A stretch of DNA of 63,076 bases, filler included, from Folioceros fuciformis (lineage: Eukaryota), in assembly GCA_049999805.1 (NCBI GenBank). It is 5 parts of 4 records of this genome, joined end to end, with 100 filler letters (N's around TTAATTAATTAA, not from the genome) between each part and the next. Parts side by side here need not be neighbours in the genome. Positions count along the whole stretch, not along the records: positions 1 to 17,091 come from JBNGIO010006090.1; 4 more parts are not named here. One strand, given 5' to 3'. Below are positions 1-13,100 of this stretch, in pieces. The translations under genes and the position numbers were made by a program. The notes beneath the pieces are model-generated. The model searched no databases. It saw nothing but the letters and a program-made list of their open reading frames with translations, and had not been told where the DNA came from. Position 1 is the first letter of the stretch; each line of letters starts with the position of its first letter.

Positions 1-2
1 GC

Positions 3-437
3 TGGACGTATGTCCATGGCTGCACACACATTCTCCAGAATGTACCAGCATCGTGGATTTGCAATCTAGACTTCTCGCACAATTCGTGTGAGCTCAACAG
101 CCAATGAAACACCTTCACCTTTGCCTCTGCCTGCTGTTGAAAATGTCTTGCATTCCCATCCTGCAGTCAACATATCCATCGGACTCGACAAGGCTTGTAG
201 CTGCTGCTTCCCCACTAGGTTCACGTATGTGGGCAGCCTGCTATGGCAGGTTTGAACTACTTTCTCGCACAACAACGTTGGGTACTGCTTACAGAACCTG
301 AGAATTTGGCTCCAAGGCATAGCCCGAGCCTTCTCATCCTTCTCCACGCAGGTATATTTGCGTACCTTGACGCCACACTGCAACACCGCTTCCAGGCCAA
401 TGCTGATTCCTGAGTAGAGCTCCAACAGATAGATGCC
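3..437 (-). pseudogene. C5-cytosine DNA methyltransferase N-terminal half (motifs I, II, IV, VI) inside the retroelement
   Basis: GIYLLELYSGISIGLEA (motif I), CVEKDEKA (II), DMLTAGWECKTFSTAG (IV, Cys codon 150-152). After the TAG at 66-68 the same frame reads IANPRCWYILENVCAAMDIRP (motif VI ENV at 27-35). Confidence 0.85.
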
Positions 438-703
438 TTACCCACCTTTCATCGTACTAAAGCATCGTTGATGCGTCGATCTCCTGCCTTGGCAGGCCTC
501 ACATCTGGGATCGATCTCTCAGGACATGTGTCTATGAGATTCCACGGTCGATTCTCCTTCCTTCGATGGTTTTCTCGAACCCTAGCTTCATCCAAATACT
601 CTGAACGCACAACCTTGAGCACACCCTTCTACTCTCTTGGGTTCGGCATCTCCAAAGAGGATAACTCCTGCTTTTCCTCCCACATCTCATGTCGATGCTC
701 ACT

Positions 704-1286
704 CTAAGCAGTGTGGGCAATCATGGCGCTGCTTCTCATTCTCGTCCTGCTCTTCCCACCACTCCTGTTCATCCTCAGGGGAATTCGTGCAACATGCGTG
801 AAATCTCCTCTCCACCAGAATGGTCTGTAGAAGGCTTTTGCGTGCAAGGGATCAACACCCATAGCAAGGTGGTGAGTTCCATCCGACCCCAGCAAGATAT
901 CATGTCTTTGCACTCGTGACCAAACATCTCACTTCAATAATGCTAGCATCCTTCGTGCCATGCTTCAACTCAATCTTCACGGGCTTCCTCGTCATTCCCA
1001 GCACCTGTTCCTTGGTGTCTGCAGAGGTGGTGATGTTCACATCGCTCGGAACGAGCGTGTGCCCGTAAAGCTTCAGTGCTTCCTGCACTTGTGCTTCCAG
1101 CAGTACTGGATTTGGTCCAGTATCTACTAGTACATTTACTGAAGCATAACCATCAAAAGTTATGTGCTTCCCAGTGTTATCAATCATGGCAACACCTCCT
1201 TCACCTCGATCCTCTAGCATCAGGTGATCTCCACACAAGCTGGCCATGCTAAGAATAGATCTTGTGGATTCAAGCTCCTTCCTCAA
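704..1286 (-). pseudogene. Retroviral-type aspartic protease, frameshifted near 905
   Basis: VNVLVDTGPNPVLL (DTG at 1116-1124). The C-terminal HDILLGSD motif lies in the shifted frame (ORF 704-913). Confidence 0.8.
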
Positions 1287-1409
1287 CCATTCTCACATGA
1301 TGTTCTTAAAGTTGTTGTCCTTCACATCCAAATCCATGAGGCTTACTGGAGGCCTTGTCCAGCAACACCTCAATGTCGCATCTTCAGTAGAGTCAGAGAA
1401 CAAAATTCT

Positions 1410-2645
1410 CTACTTTGTTCTCCTGGCCATGTTGGCTATCTCCTTCTTGGGCTCCTCCACTTGCCTGAGGAGAGCCTTGCGACTTGGGCCCTTGCCCTTC
1501 TCCTTCTCATCAGATGCAAGCTTGAGCTTCATATCTGGATGAGCTTCCCAACACACTGCCTCCATGTGACCCCATCTGCCACAAGACTTACAAGCTTCCT
1601 TGCCCTTCGGACCACCTGGCTTGTAGTCGTACTCAAATGCCTTGTGTGCTCCACGGCATCTGCCACACTTCACAGCTGCTTGGCCTGCATTGTTAGCTGG
1701 CCTCTCCTTCGGCACATGTGGCTGTTGGCCATGTCCTGAGGATTGTTCTTGCTCCCGATACTGGTGTCTTGGGACAAACCTGGAATTCTCGTGTCCTCCA
1801 GACCCGTGCTGCGAAGGGCTCTTCATGACTTTGTGATACTCCGAGTAAGCCTGGCTTACTGCATCACCTTTGAGCACCTTCTCAGTAATTTGGTAAGCAT
1901 GTATCAACTAATACTTCTCTCCCATCACTCCATGTAGCGAGTCCATCACCTTCCCGAGTCCATCACCTTCCTTCTCTGCGTAGCACACAATGCTGCCATG
2001 AAGATCTCGGCAGCCTCCCTCATTGTCTTGACCTAAAACCTTCAATCTGAGGTAAGACACGCGCAATGTCTCGTTAGGCCTGACAGAAAATCTTAATAGT
2101 TCTTGGATTTTTTCTAGTGAAGTAGAAAACATGATGGTTAGCTTGGCAAACATCAAGTCCACCAGATGCTCGAGCTTGTCCTTGTCAGTGGGGGGTGTAG
2201 TTGAACCAGCCTTCTTGGCTGCCTCGTGCATTGCCTCTCTTCTCTCGACCACCTTCAGGATCTTAGCCTTCTCATCTCTATAATACATCAGAGCCTCTCC
2301 CGCAAGGTAGGATGACATCTTCATGAACGCCATCCTCTGAGTGAACTCATCCTTGTATTTCATCTTGTTTTCCGCCATTGCCCAATGAAACTTTTCGAAG
2401 TCTTTAAGAGACATGCTTCCATGTTTTCCTGTGAAGACGTCATGCTTACTTGGTGTGAACTCAAGCTCCATTCTTGCAGACTCTCCGCTCCAATCGCCGA
2501 ACTGACTCCTTGTGACTAGCGTGTTGTCACTATGTTGTTCCGGTGTCCTCTTGAATGGTGAGTAGTAGACGTCGTGCACTTCTCCGACTGAGGATGGTGC
2601 AGGTGTCCTCTCGTCAGTCCACCCTGGCCTCAGGAATACCATCAA
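1410..2645 (-). pseudogene. gag-like region with two zinc knuckles
   Basis: MSSYLAGEALMYY resembles a gag/capsid motif. CGRCRGAHKAFEY is a degenerate knuckle and CKSCGRWGHMEAVC a canonical CCHC. In-frame TAG at 1908-1910. Confidence 0.75.
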
Positions 2646-3048
2646 TGGTTACCTCTCCTATGAATGACAACTGCACGGATGTTGTCAAAGGGCAAATTGT
2701 TTCCACCATCAGCCCAACCAGCTAGCCAGAAAAGCACATCCACTACCTCAATCCACAAACGGCTCTAGATGTATGCACGCTCTTCTCCATACAACTTTGC
2801 TAACTCAGCAATCGTATGACTACCACACCTAAGCTGCGTGTAATCAATAGCAGAATTCTTGTCCATTAGAAAACATCAGCCTATCTCTTGGCGTTGCCTT
2901 CTACAACACCTAACCTTCTCAGATCACAGCTGTCTCCTAGGTTGGATGGTAGACGACTTCTGCTTCTTCCTCTAATATAAATAATAACCAACTAAACAGC
3001 CTACTTCGTCCTTCTCAGGTGCTCTCAGGTGCTCTATTCTTGATACAG

Positions 3049-3579
3049 TGATACAGCACATATGGTTCACATCCACCATGACACATACATTCTCTCTCTC
3101 GACATGTTACATGCATCCACATGCAATCCTTCATCTTCACATGTACACATGCATACATGGCACACACCCAGGCATACATGTCATGTACAAGCCATCCATG
3201 GTCCATGTACATGGCATCATAAGCACTTCAGCATCAGGACTTATGCCCAGATGCTCCAGTCTGATGTGATGCATGTGAGGAGCCGTGCCATGGCACATAT
3301 GAACCGTTGCGGAGATATTCCAAAACAAGCATGACAAGCTCATAGTCTCCAAGGCATGGAGACCAAATAAGCTTCTAAGCATCCACAACTTCATTGGCTC
3401 TGGGCTAGAGGAAAGGAGGAGGAGGTGGTAGGCACAAACTCCTCCACATTTGGCAAGGTGTGGAGCAATTTGTGCATGAATGCCTCCTTCTACATGGTGA
3501 TCTCCTCGCGATGCATGTGTTTACTAGGTTTTTCTCATATGTGTCTAAGCCCTAACTTTAAAGATCACGGGGTGTGTCA
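3049..3579 (-). repeat. Putative 5' LTR of the methyltransferase-bearing element
   Basis: Minus strand begins TGACACACCCCG at 3579 and ends ...TGTATCA at 3049 (TG..CA with imperfect inverted termini). A degraded PBS-like CTGTATCAAGAATAGAGC follows, ~400 bp upstream of gag. The partner LTR is not in the window. Confidence 0.5.
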
Positions 3580-4158
3580 TATGAACCCTAAAAAACAAGG
3601 GATTGTGTCCGGTCCATAAGCCCCATACGGTGAGTTAAAAAAAAAGTTTGTGTATCCTAGTGAGATAGGCCCAGTGACGTGGCGATGTAGGGTGCAAAAT
3701 ATGAGAAATTCCCAAGTATATTCCTGCCCAACGTATGAGAAAAAAAAAAAAGATAAAAGATTGAGTGTAGCCGTGTCATGTCCGTACTTCACATGTTTGA
3801 CCAAGCATACATCCTCTCATAAAAGTCGACAAACAATAAACCTTTAATTCAAATATAATTCTTTTCGCCATCAAATGGGATTCTAAATGTGGGATTCTAA
3901 ATGTGGGATTCTAAATGTGAAGTATATATGAAGAAGTAAAGTCTACTATAAAATATCAATGTAATCTCATCGTGGCAAGACCTACAAAATAGAAACGCTT
4001 TGTTTCTCTTCTCGGCCCACCACCCGGCCAACTTTGAAACGAATCGCGTCTGAATCCAAGTGTTCTTTAGAGTATGTAATGCAAATATTGAGCGTGAAAA
4101 ACTATACTTCCACTGACCGTTCACCTTCCAAAAAAAGAACCAGCAGAATTACGGCAAA

Positions 4159-7100
4159 CTACACTAAAATTTTGTTTCTAACCTTTCCCCTCCCGCTTCC
4201 ACCTTTTCTCTTTTTTTCTGCCCACTCTTGATCATCGTCATCTTCTAGTTCGGCATCCCCATCGGTCTCAAGATCAGAAACAGCAACCAACGTACCATCT
4301 TTCCTTTTAGGGATCTTATGTAATGGGTGCCCAATACCTGTGCCACTAACCGCCTCACAATGGCCTGAGCGGAATCTCTTTTTTGAGCTGCTAACGGAGT
4401 AAACAGAGTAATCCGTTGCGTCTTCTTTCAGCAGCCGTTTGAAAGTCTGCACCGGCCAGGAACATAGGTTCAGAAAACGATATGTTACAAACGTTCACCA
4501 CCTACTTCACCACGATCAAATCCATGGTGTACCTGATACTGCTCCAACATTCCCCGAATTGTAGTTGGACACGCGATTGGAAGCTCTCGTGGGCTAAATT
4601 CCTTTATGTTCTCTTTCCTCTGAAGAGCCTCCCCAGTCTTCGCATGTTCAGTAGGCATAAATGCCTAAAGCATGTTTGCCCATCAGCCCATCAGCATCTA
4701 CACAAATTACAAGTGTGCAAGAACGGGCAAGATACAACATGAACATACTACTCCTTATAAGAAATTCATCAAAATTTAGTCACACCTGGCATCGAGCATC
4801 ATTCAGGCCGTAGACAATCTTTAAATGTCGTTTCAACCTTAGCAGCAAAGCTAGAGCAATTGCAGCACGACATTCCTCCTGAGCAACAATACACCAGTGT
4901 TTCAGCCCTCTCCATGCTCAGCTACAGTCTTCCATGAGTGGAAAGGAATGTTCGTGGATGTGTTATGACGGTCCTGGAGCTTCACCTTCAATTTTGCTAG
5001 AACTCCCTCCGAGATTTCTCCACTTTCCTCACCGACCACAACATTCCTTTTGCAGTCATGACTGCTCGTGTTGTAGTCATAAGCATCAACTCCTTCTTGT
5101 ACCCTTTCTGCAGCCATAGCAGCTAAGATTTTTTCTGCGACACTTCCAAGAGGTTCCTCTGAGATTGTTACCTTCAAACTCGACTCAAGAGCCCCACCCC
5201 TCACTTGCACAATGCGGTTTATTGACCAGATAACATAAAGCGGTTCTTCCGGCAGGCTAAATGGAAGTGAAGCTATTACTTCAGCGCAGTACCTGGCCAG
5301 ATCAGCAACAGTGTTGTGGTCACCTTTCCATTTCAAGTCCTACTCGAACAATCATTCCCAGCCCCGCCATCCCTTCAGGCTGGTGATGTGTGCCCAGACC
5401 AAAAACAAGCACAGAAAACACAACCAGGCACTTGACGATTGATATACAAGACATTCTTCAGTCAGCCCAAGCATTCTCAGCATTGCAAAATCACCATGCT
5501 TGCATAAGTTTGACCAAGGAAACAAATGGATCAGGCACTCTAAGACCTGCCCAAATAGTAGACCACAATTGAAAGGCTAGGGGGCTCACACTAGGAAGGG
5601 GATAAATGGTACACCAGTCGCCACAGAATCATATTTCCGAAGAACAGATCCAAGAAACTTATTCCTTGCAACTCGAGTGCTCCTTATGAGTTTGTAAATC
5701 CGTGCAATTCCAGCTTTTGCTGAGACTGCAGTACTGCAGTCTTCTTTCACCTTGGGGCGATGCTCCATGGAGCTCAAATCCTGTGTGGAAGCAGCAGCTC
5801 CAGACTGTATGAACGTGAATGACAACTGCAAACCATCGCCCAAACGAGATTCAAAAAAAGATGGGTACCTGCACCAGATGCACCAGCAATAGTTAGCATA
5901 CAGAAAACATACCAAACAATTGTCCAGATGAGGGGCATTACTTTTCGTTCATGTGGATCACAAGGCGATGTGCGAGCTTTGAGGTCGATTCTTGTTGATC
6001 CACCTCCAGTGCCACGAGTTGAGGAACGCAGGACATTGGATGAACTAGGCCCTGCCGAAGTACTATTTCCAACACCTGCGGAGACAATAAAACTTGTTGG
6101 GAACAAAAACACATACATAAATTCTGCAAATTATAGCTTCAGTCACTAAAATCATGAGTAAGAACATTGGCAACCAATGCAACCTTCAGTGCAGACAGCC
6201 GCACATCATAATTCATATCCAAACACCTCTCCAGAATAAGGTCCCAATGTAATTGGATAATTCCGCCACCAACATTACTATCTCCTGCGCCTGCTGCAAC
6301 TGGAACGATGTTGGATCTATCCTTGCCAGCTTCATGCGCACCCATTTGATCCTCGACATCAGACAGATAGTCACAAAAATTCCGTAGCGTTTGCAGCTGC
6401 ACATCAGAACCTCCATCAGGTTGTAGACAAGAGCACCTGCCTCCAATGTCAACAGCAAAGCCTACCTTAAGCCTAGATTCGGCAGAGGCACAAAGAGAGG
6501 CCTCCAAGATTTTCCCAATCTCTTTCTCCAACATAAAGCTAGGGCGAGCAATGAAGAAAACTCCGAGGGCCTTCCACCAGTCATATACCAAATTAAGAAA
6601 CTTGCCGGTCAACAAAAATTGTAGTTCCCCACTTGATAGAATGAATTACTCAGACCAGCAAAACAAATCACACTAAACCAAGCACCAGCTATCCTCTGGA
6701 TCTGCCCCAGTACAAATACCTGTAATGCCTTAGATTTCACATCAAACTCTGGTAACCGAAGGTAATCCTTCAAAAGGTCTAAAACTCGCTGCATGGAAAT
6801 CCCCTCTTGACTCATGCAATCCACCAAATCAGGGCAATAGCGAGAAAGCATGCCGAGGCAGTAAAGGCAGCGAAGAATGTTCTGCAGCAACCACCACCAA
6901 CCAATCAAGGGGATTCAATGTTCAATGCAGCTCATGGGAATAAGATAAGGCTGCACATGTAGCAGTGGGGTAACAGACCAAAAGAAAAATGAAAAACCTC
7001 CTCAGCAGCCAAATGCACTGATCCTCACCGCCTTCTCAGAGCCCAGAAATTGACCGCCACGTTTTCCATCCAAGACTCTGAAGAACCGTCGAACCAGGAA

Positions 7101-10100
7101 CTCGTACGAGGTAACTCCCTTCGGAGTTACTTTGCTCAGCGAACAAAGACACCTACAAGAGCATTCTCCAATGAGATTCCTCACCTGCCTTAGATGTAGG
7201 ACTCCCAAACAAACTGCACTTATGAGAACACAAATCTCTTGGATCCAAATCATGTCTCATTTACGACAGGTTCAGAAGAGGCAAGCTCTGGGCTTCATGG
7301 AAACCTACTTGATGCTGGCATGTATGACAGTCTGAAAAGAGTAGCGTTGAATAAGTTGCCTTAAATCCTTGGAAAGCTCTTCCACGAAGGTTTGAGGAGG
7401 TCTTCGCAACATGGGAAGTACTGCATCTACAACAAAAACAATACTCTGTAGCAGTTGTGCTACTTCCCGATTATCCACCTGCCAGAAGATAATGTCAATA
7501 CCTGATATCTTAGCTAAACCTGCCATGTCAGTGAACCTTAGAAGATGAGTGCAAGCACCTGCGTCTTTAAGTATGGCTGCAACGTGACAGCAAAACTAGA
7601 CGGGTCAGAGGCAGGGGCGCATAGTGTTGGATCAACCATGCAGAAAGCGTGCAGTGCTGAAACATAGGGCAAAGCACGAATCTCAGGTTCTCCTGTGGAC
7701 GCCTCCTCAGCCTGCAGACATACCACCGAATATGATAGAATCCATAGATTAAGCTTAGTGAATCTGTTAGGCTGTGCACCATCCAAATCAAGGCTATGCG
7801 AGTCTTGCTCGACAGTTTGACAAGGCTGCTGAATTTCAACAAAAAACATGGACCGCAGCTCAGTTATTGCCAATCGTACCTTTAGGATGCTCTCCAGTAA
7901 ACACCTGCACATTAGTTCACAGCGGCCCCTAATGGCAGCTTGACTGACTGCCAGTGTAGCTGAAGTTTTAGCAGCTTGTGGGGCAAAATCGAGAGAGAGA
8001 CTGCGCTTTATGATGGTGACTATCGGCTGATTCGTTGGCAGGCTTTTCAGTACATCAACTAACTGCTGAGTTGAAGTAGCAATCTCAATTGGAACTGCGC
8101 TTGCATCTGCACTGTGATGAGAGTGATGCCCTACATGCTCTTCAAACCACAGCTCGTAAAAAGTCCTGCCTACAAGATCCTGAGATCAAAAGCCAACCAG
8201 GTAAACGCTCAGCCTTGAAAGGGATTATTATGGAAATAGCAATATGATCCTCCCTCAACATGACCCTAAGCATAATGTTGGACAGAGTGCTTGTGAGCAT
8301 CTGCACACCTGAATAGTGCTCTCATCATCATTGATGCGAGTAATAATTTTCACACAAGCGTCTGTTGATTTAGTGAACCCTAGATTCGCTACACACACAT
8401 CCCGAATTATCTTTATAACCCTTTTCCGGACACTTACACCTGTGTCCATTATACGCTCTGCTAGCTTTTCAAAGTACTGCCAAAAACCGATGCATGGTGT
8501 ATAGTCAACACACAAATACCAGCAGCAAAGATTGACAGCGGTCCGCAACTGGAAGACTGATGCTAACTAGCTTCGACGCGGATAGCTTGTGAAGAGCAAA
8601 AGCACAGCTACACACAAACATACTAGCATAGACTTGCATACAGTTGCGTAGAGCTGTAACATAGATGCATTGCAGACCAGCACAGAGTTGCATATCAATT
8701 TCCATACCTTTTCAGCAACATGAGGAAGCCGAACAATGTGACGACCTACGAGTTCCATGGCTGCCTCACGGACTGAAATTGCTGAATCTAAGAATCTGCC
8801 TTCAACTGCAAGCCGCACTCGTTCATCACCTAGCACACCAGGGTCAACTTCGACCAGGGCACTCACCTAAGGCAAATAACCAGCCAGTATACCACATCAC
8901 TCAGGAGTTGCACAAAAAAACTACATTCCCAAGGGCTCTAAGACAATGTCAAGGTAACACTGCCAGTTTCACTGATATCATCAAGTCACAAAGCTCAAAG
9001 ATGCGCTCAATACAAGAACCTTGAATGCAGAGCGTGAGAGCACGCACCGCTCGAAGGGCTTTGGCTCTAGGGCCTGATGAGTTTTCCTGCAGGCTAGCCT
9101 GCATATCCAGAACTCACGGTTAAGATTGACCAACTTGGGCTGGCTTCAGAGCGTTCTCAGCCTAATACCACTACTGGTTTGGAGAAATCTGTATGCCTTA
9201 CAAGTAAACAGATCAGCGCGTAAGAGACTATTTGTAACAGGAAATGTACAAGTGAGGGATGAGAAGGCATACCAGCAACCTTTCAAGTATCCGATCATAA
9301 CCTTTTGCGAGAGGCCTTTGCTGCCCTAGAACAGCCGCAAGCCGAGTAATCACATCCCTGGAAAGAGGAGCAGGTGTCACTCCAAACTCCTGACCTGGTG
9401 GCCTGGAATTGAGTCTTCTGAGATGATAGTCCAGAGTTTCTAGCCCCTGTGCTTCGTCATCACGGTACCATTGACACAAATAGAACCTGAAAGAGAAAGT
9501 ACAGTTCAATCTTCATCTCTTGCAGTATTGTAAATTTTTTGTTGAAATGCTGTGCAATTTACCTACTTGAAGTAAATACTGACCTGCGCGCAAAAGATGC
9601 CACAATATCACTCTCACCAGCCTCTTGCAAGTAGTTCAACAATAATTGCTGAATAATAGCCACGCCTTCTACGGAAAACCTGCCAACTACGTCCCTTTGC
9701 TGATCAACACCCTCTACAGACTTCCCACCAACATCATGCTTCAGGTTAAAGGAACTTGTACGTGCACCAGCACCTGAATTGCTTCCATTCCTAAAACATT
9801 CGAGTTGTTTCTTACACAGGCAGCAACAGCAAAGCCAACCACGGCCGAGCAAATCATGTCCACCGAGCCCAATACAATCTCCATGAAAGATTCTTGTGCA
9901 TTCTGCACAACACACAACAATCTTGACCCCTTTTCTTACGCCGCGACACACTACACAACCCTGGTATACAGAGGGGTTGTCACATATCTCCTCAGATCGT
10001 CCTGTTACTTTCCTGTCAAACACTTCTGACAAAATCCACATGGTATCTTGAGCACATGTGACAGCATCTTGCTTGAGGCGCGCAGCAATAAGACCAAACA

Positions 10101-13100
10101 GCTCAATGGCTGCTCCTCTAACATTTGCATCTTTCGACTTGAGGCCCGCCGATGAAAAAAGAAGAATGCAAAGAATCTACACAGACGAGAAGTTGGTAAG
10201 CAAGCAAAAACTTTCCACAAGGTCCTGACATCTACTCTACTGGCACTAGTTCGGTGATTACCTGGAGCATAAGGCTGGCTGCTGGAAACTCAGGGGAATT
10301 GAGGGAGGTCAGCAAGTCAACCACAATGTTTTCAACAATTCCCTTCACGTCAATACCATCCTGTGACCTGGGCGCGGCCCACCGTTGTAAGACGAGCTTC
10401 CAAAACTGTTTACATGTATCCATTGCTGGGTCCATACATTTGGCCGACAGCATTGAGCCAGCTTCTATGATGAGCTGAGATTCGCCATCCCTCACAGGAA
10501 GATTCACAGAACACTGTACCAGCTGTAGCAGGAGAGCAGTTAACATCTGAACCAGTTTGGGATCCTCATCAGGGAGAGAATACGATCGGATGAAACGCCT
10601 TGATACAGAAACTTTCCAGAACATGGATACACATTCTTCTATAATGAAATTACGATGCTGAGGATAGCAGCTGAATATCTGCAGTGCATTTGGACACGTC
10701 ATCTGCTGCCAGTGAATGGACATGTGAACAAAACTAAATACGGACACTGAGAACTTAAATGTGATAACAATCATCGTATCCACAGTGGGGCCGGTTGGAT
10801 CATTGCCCATGGCCACAATCAACACAGCAGGGGAATACAGATCACAACACAATCATCGTGGGTAGAATTGAAAAATCAAGTATTTGGTGAAAACTGTTGA
10901 ACAACGATAGAGTAGCAGAACGCTGCAACAATGATATGGCAGGGATGAATGACTGACAAACAACTCACACTGCAAGCGACACCAATTGCTTTCAGCTGCA
11001 GAAGTTGTATGTTGTCCACACCAAATGTGGACAATATAGTGGTTGTCAACTGAACCACACTGCTATCAGTCAACCTTGCGACTGACATGAGATCCCTCAG
11101 CAATGCCAAGATAGTACAGAGTTTGTGCAAGACACAGGACACTGCAGTGGCGACCCTGCAAACACGAACGAATTTCAGCCAACACTTTGAGGAGACTCGC
11201 AATTCTGAGGAACAGGATAGAGGGACTTACATCTACCTGGTAACAAATTGGGTAAACACTCCAACAACAAGAAAAAGTGCATGAACCAAGACTCACAAAA
11301 CAACAATAGTGGTTACTACAATTTCAACTATCCTCAGAACTGATCGACGTGCACCTAGGCCAGGACTTACATCCAGCTTAAAGCTCAAGCCATACAAGAT
11401 TGCCTGACACAACATGCACTTACTTTACACTCCCAAGTCTCAAAGTTTTAGATGACTTCGGCTTCCGCCGCCCTTTCTTTCCAACAATCATTGCAGTATC
11501 TCCTGGGTCCTCATCCACTTCATCATTATCTTTATGGTTCAGGCAGTAGACATTCCAATTAGACCTAAAAGAAATCTGTCCATATGCCAACAGCAGCAGT
11601 AAAGAAGAGCTCAAGCTTCAGCTGTTGTTTCACACCAGGCAGTCACCTTCATCAACATGTGGGCCCAGACACTTGTGAAGTTGCCTGTACATGGGGTCAT
11701 ACGCTGGGAAAATAGAGTGGGCAATTTGATGCCGTGTAAAGCCGATAATTCTATCAATAATCTGTGAAAGAATTCTGCAAAGTTAGACATTTGAAAAGAA
11801 AGAAAAGAAAACCTACCGAAAGACATGAAAGCCAGCTCCAAGTTCAAGGTCAACCTCTTCTTTGTAGACTTGCTTGGGCATACCACAATCTGTCATTATG
11901 CTCAAACAGGCATGGACAGCCTCCAACGCAGAAAGCACTAGAACTGTGTTCTCAGAATCAACCTGCGGTCAGTTATATCCTTGATGTGATTCAACAGCAA
12001 TATAGCAAAGTATTAAATGTTGCAAATCGAACACATACAGAGGAAATGAACTTGATAGTTTCCATTCACTTGGTCGAAGAGAAAACAGGCTAGACATAGA
12101 TAGAACACAAGGCAGCGTCATTCACCTCATTTTTTACCAGTTTCAATGCGAAAAAGGAAATTCAACTTACATCTACGTCATCTACCACCTTCTCATGGGC
12201 TCGATGTACATGGCGGTCTAACAAGGTAAGCAGTTTGAGTAGGTATTCAGCAGGTAGACCCTGCAGGTCATTCTTTCCTCGTAATTTGACAACATCTTCT
12301 ACTACTCCTTTTACTTCCAAAAGTGCAAGAAACGTGCCAGCCTCTTCCCCCTCGTCATCCCCAGGGGCATCAGTGCGCTGGAAAAGCTCATCCAACACTC
12401 CACAGAAGGTACTCACGACATCTGACAGCAGAACTGATACCTGAGCACTTCAATTTTCAATAGAGGGTGCTACCAGGTTGCATCAAAGAGGCACAGTACC
12501 ATTATGGATCTCATCAGAATCTTCAAGTAGGTTCACTCCTTGCTCTTTGTCTCTATGAATTGACTGATCTTTCCTTGTCATCCTTTTTTTTCTCGTCACC
12601 AAAGTAGCTTGATCATCCAGCACCTTGACAAGAAGTGACAGACACAAGAAGACAAACGACAGTAAGCTCTTTGATGATGAGAAGACACCTTACCACCTTC
12701 TCATCCCGGCAGTTCATATCTTTTCATAGGTTCTCAGCATGATATATGTTCTGTCACAATTATTTAGCGGTTTAAATCTTTTAAGTCACAGGCAAGCAGG
12801 CCTACCAAAGGAGCTTCCGTACACAACGGCATTGCCGCAAGCTGAGGAACTTGTGGAGCATCCCCTACATAGCTTCTAGTCAAGAAATGACTTGGTTGAT
12901 TTTTCTCCTTCTTCCCAGCAGCAGAGATCCGTGACCCCTTCCGATTGATTGGTCCTGAGAACAGCTGCCATTCAATTCCTGAGGAGAAAGGGCTGGGACA
13001 GAAATGGAGTGCTGACAAGTGAAGCGTTGTAATAAGAGACTAGGTAGAACCTGGTGTTGCGTAGCTGAAAGCTTCGGGGTCGATTCTCAGCACTTCATCC

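Larger units (their letters stand above)
1..3579 (-). mobile_element. Degenerate LTR retrotransposon (Ty3/gypsy-like) with gag, zinc knuckles, protease and a C5 DNA methyltransferase domain; runs off the window edge
   Basis: Minus-strand ORF pieces 2645-1908, 1907-1410, 1286-900 and 425-66 share one frame and are broken by stops and two compensating frameshifts. Motifs are CX2CX4HX4C, VLVDTG...DILLG and MTase motifs I/II/IV/VI. Putative 5' LTR at 3049-3579. Confidence 0.8.

Noticed and set aside
3-437. Bacterial restriction-modification methylase (contamination) or host DRM/CMT gene
   Set aside because: It is collinear with gag-protease, decayed in the same way and contiguous with intron-rich SCC2. 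Motif order I-IV-VI without a chromodomain does not fit DRM or CMT.
3015-3394. His/Met/Cys-rich short ORFs on both strands
   Set aside because: They are a by-product of CATG/TGCA-rich LTR sequence and show no domain signal.
3873-3918. 14-bp tandem repeat AAATGTGGGATTCT x3 downstream of SCC2
   Set aside because: Simple local slippage with no further evidence of function.
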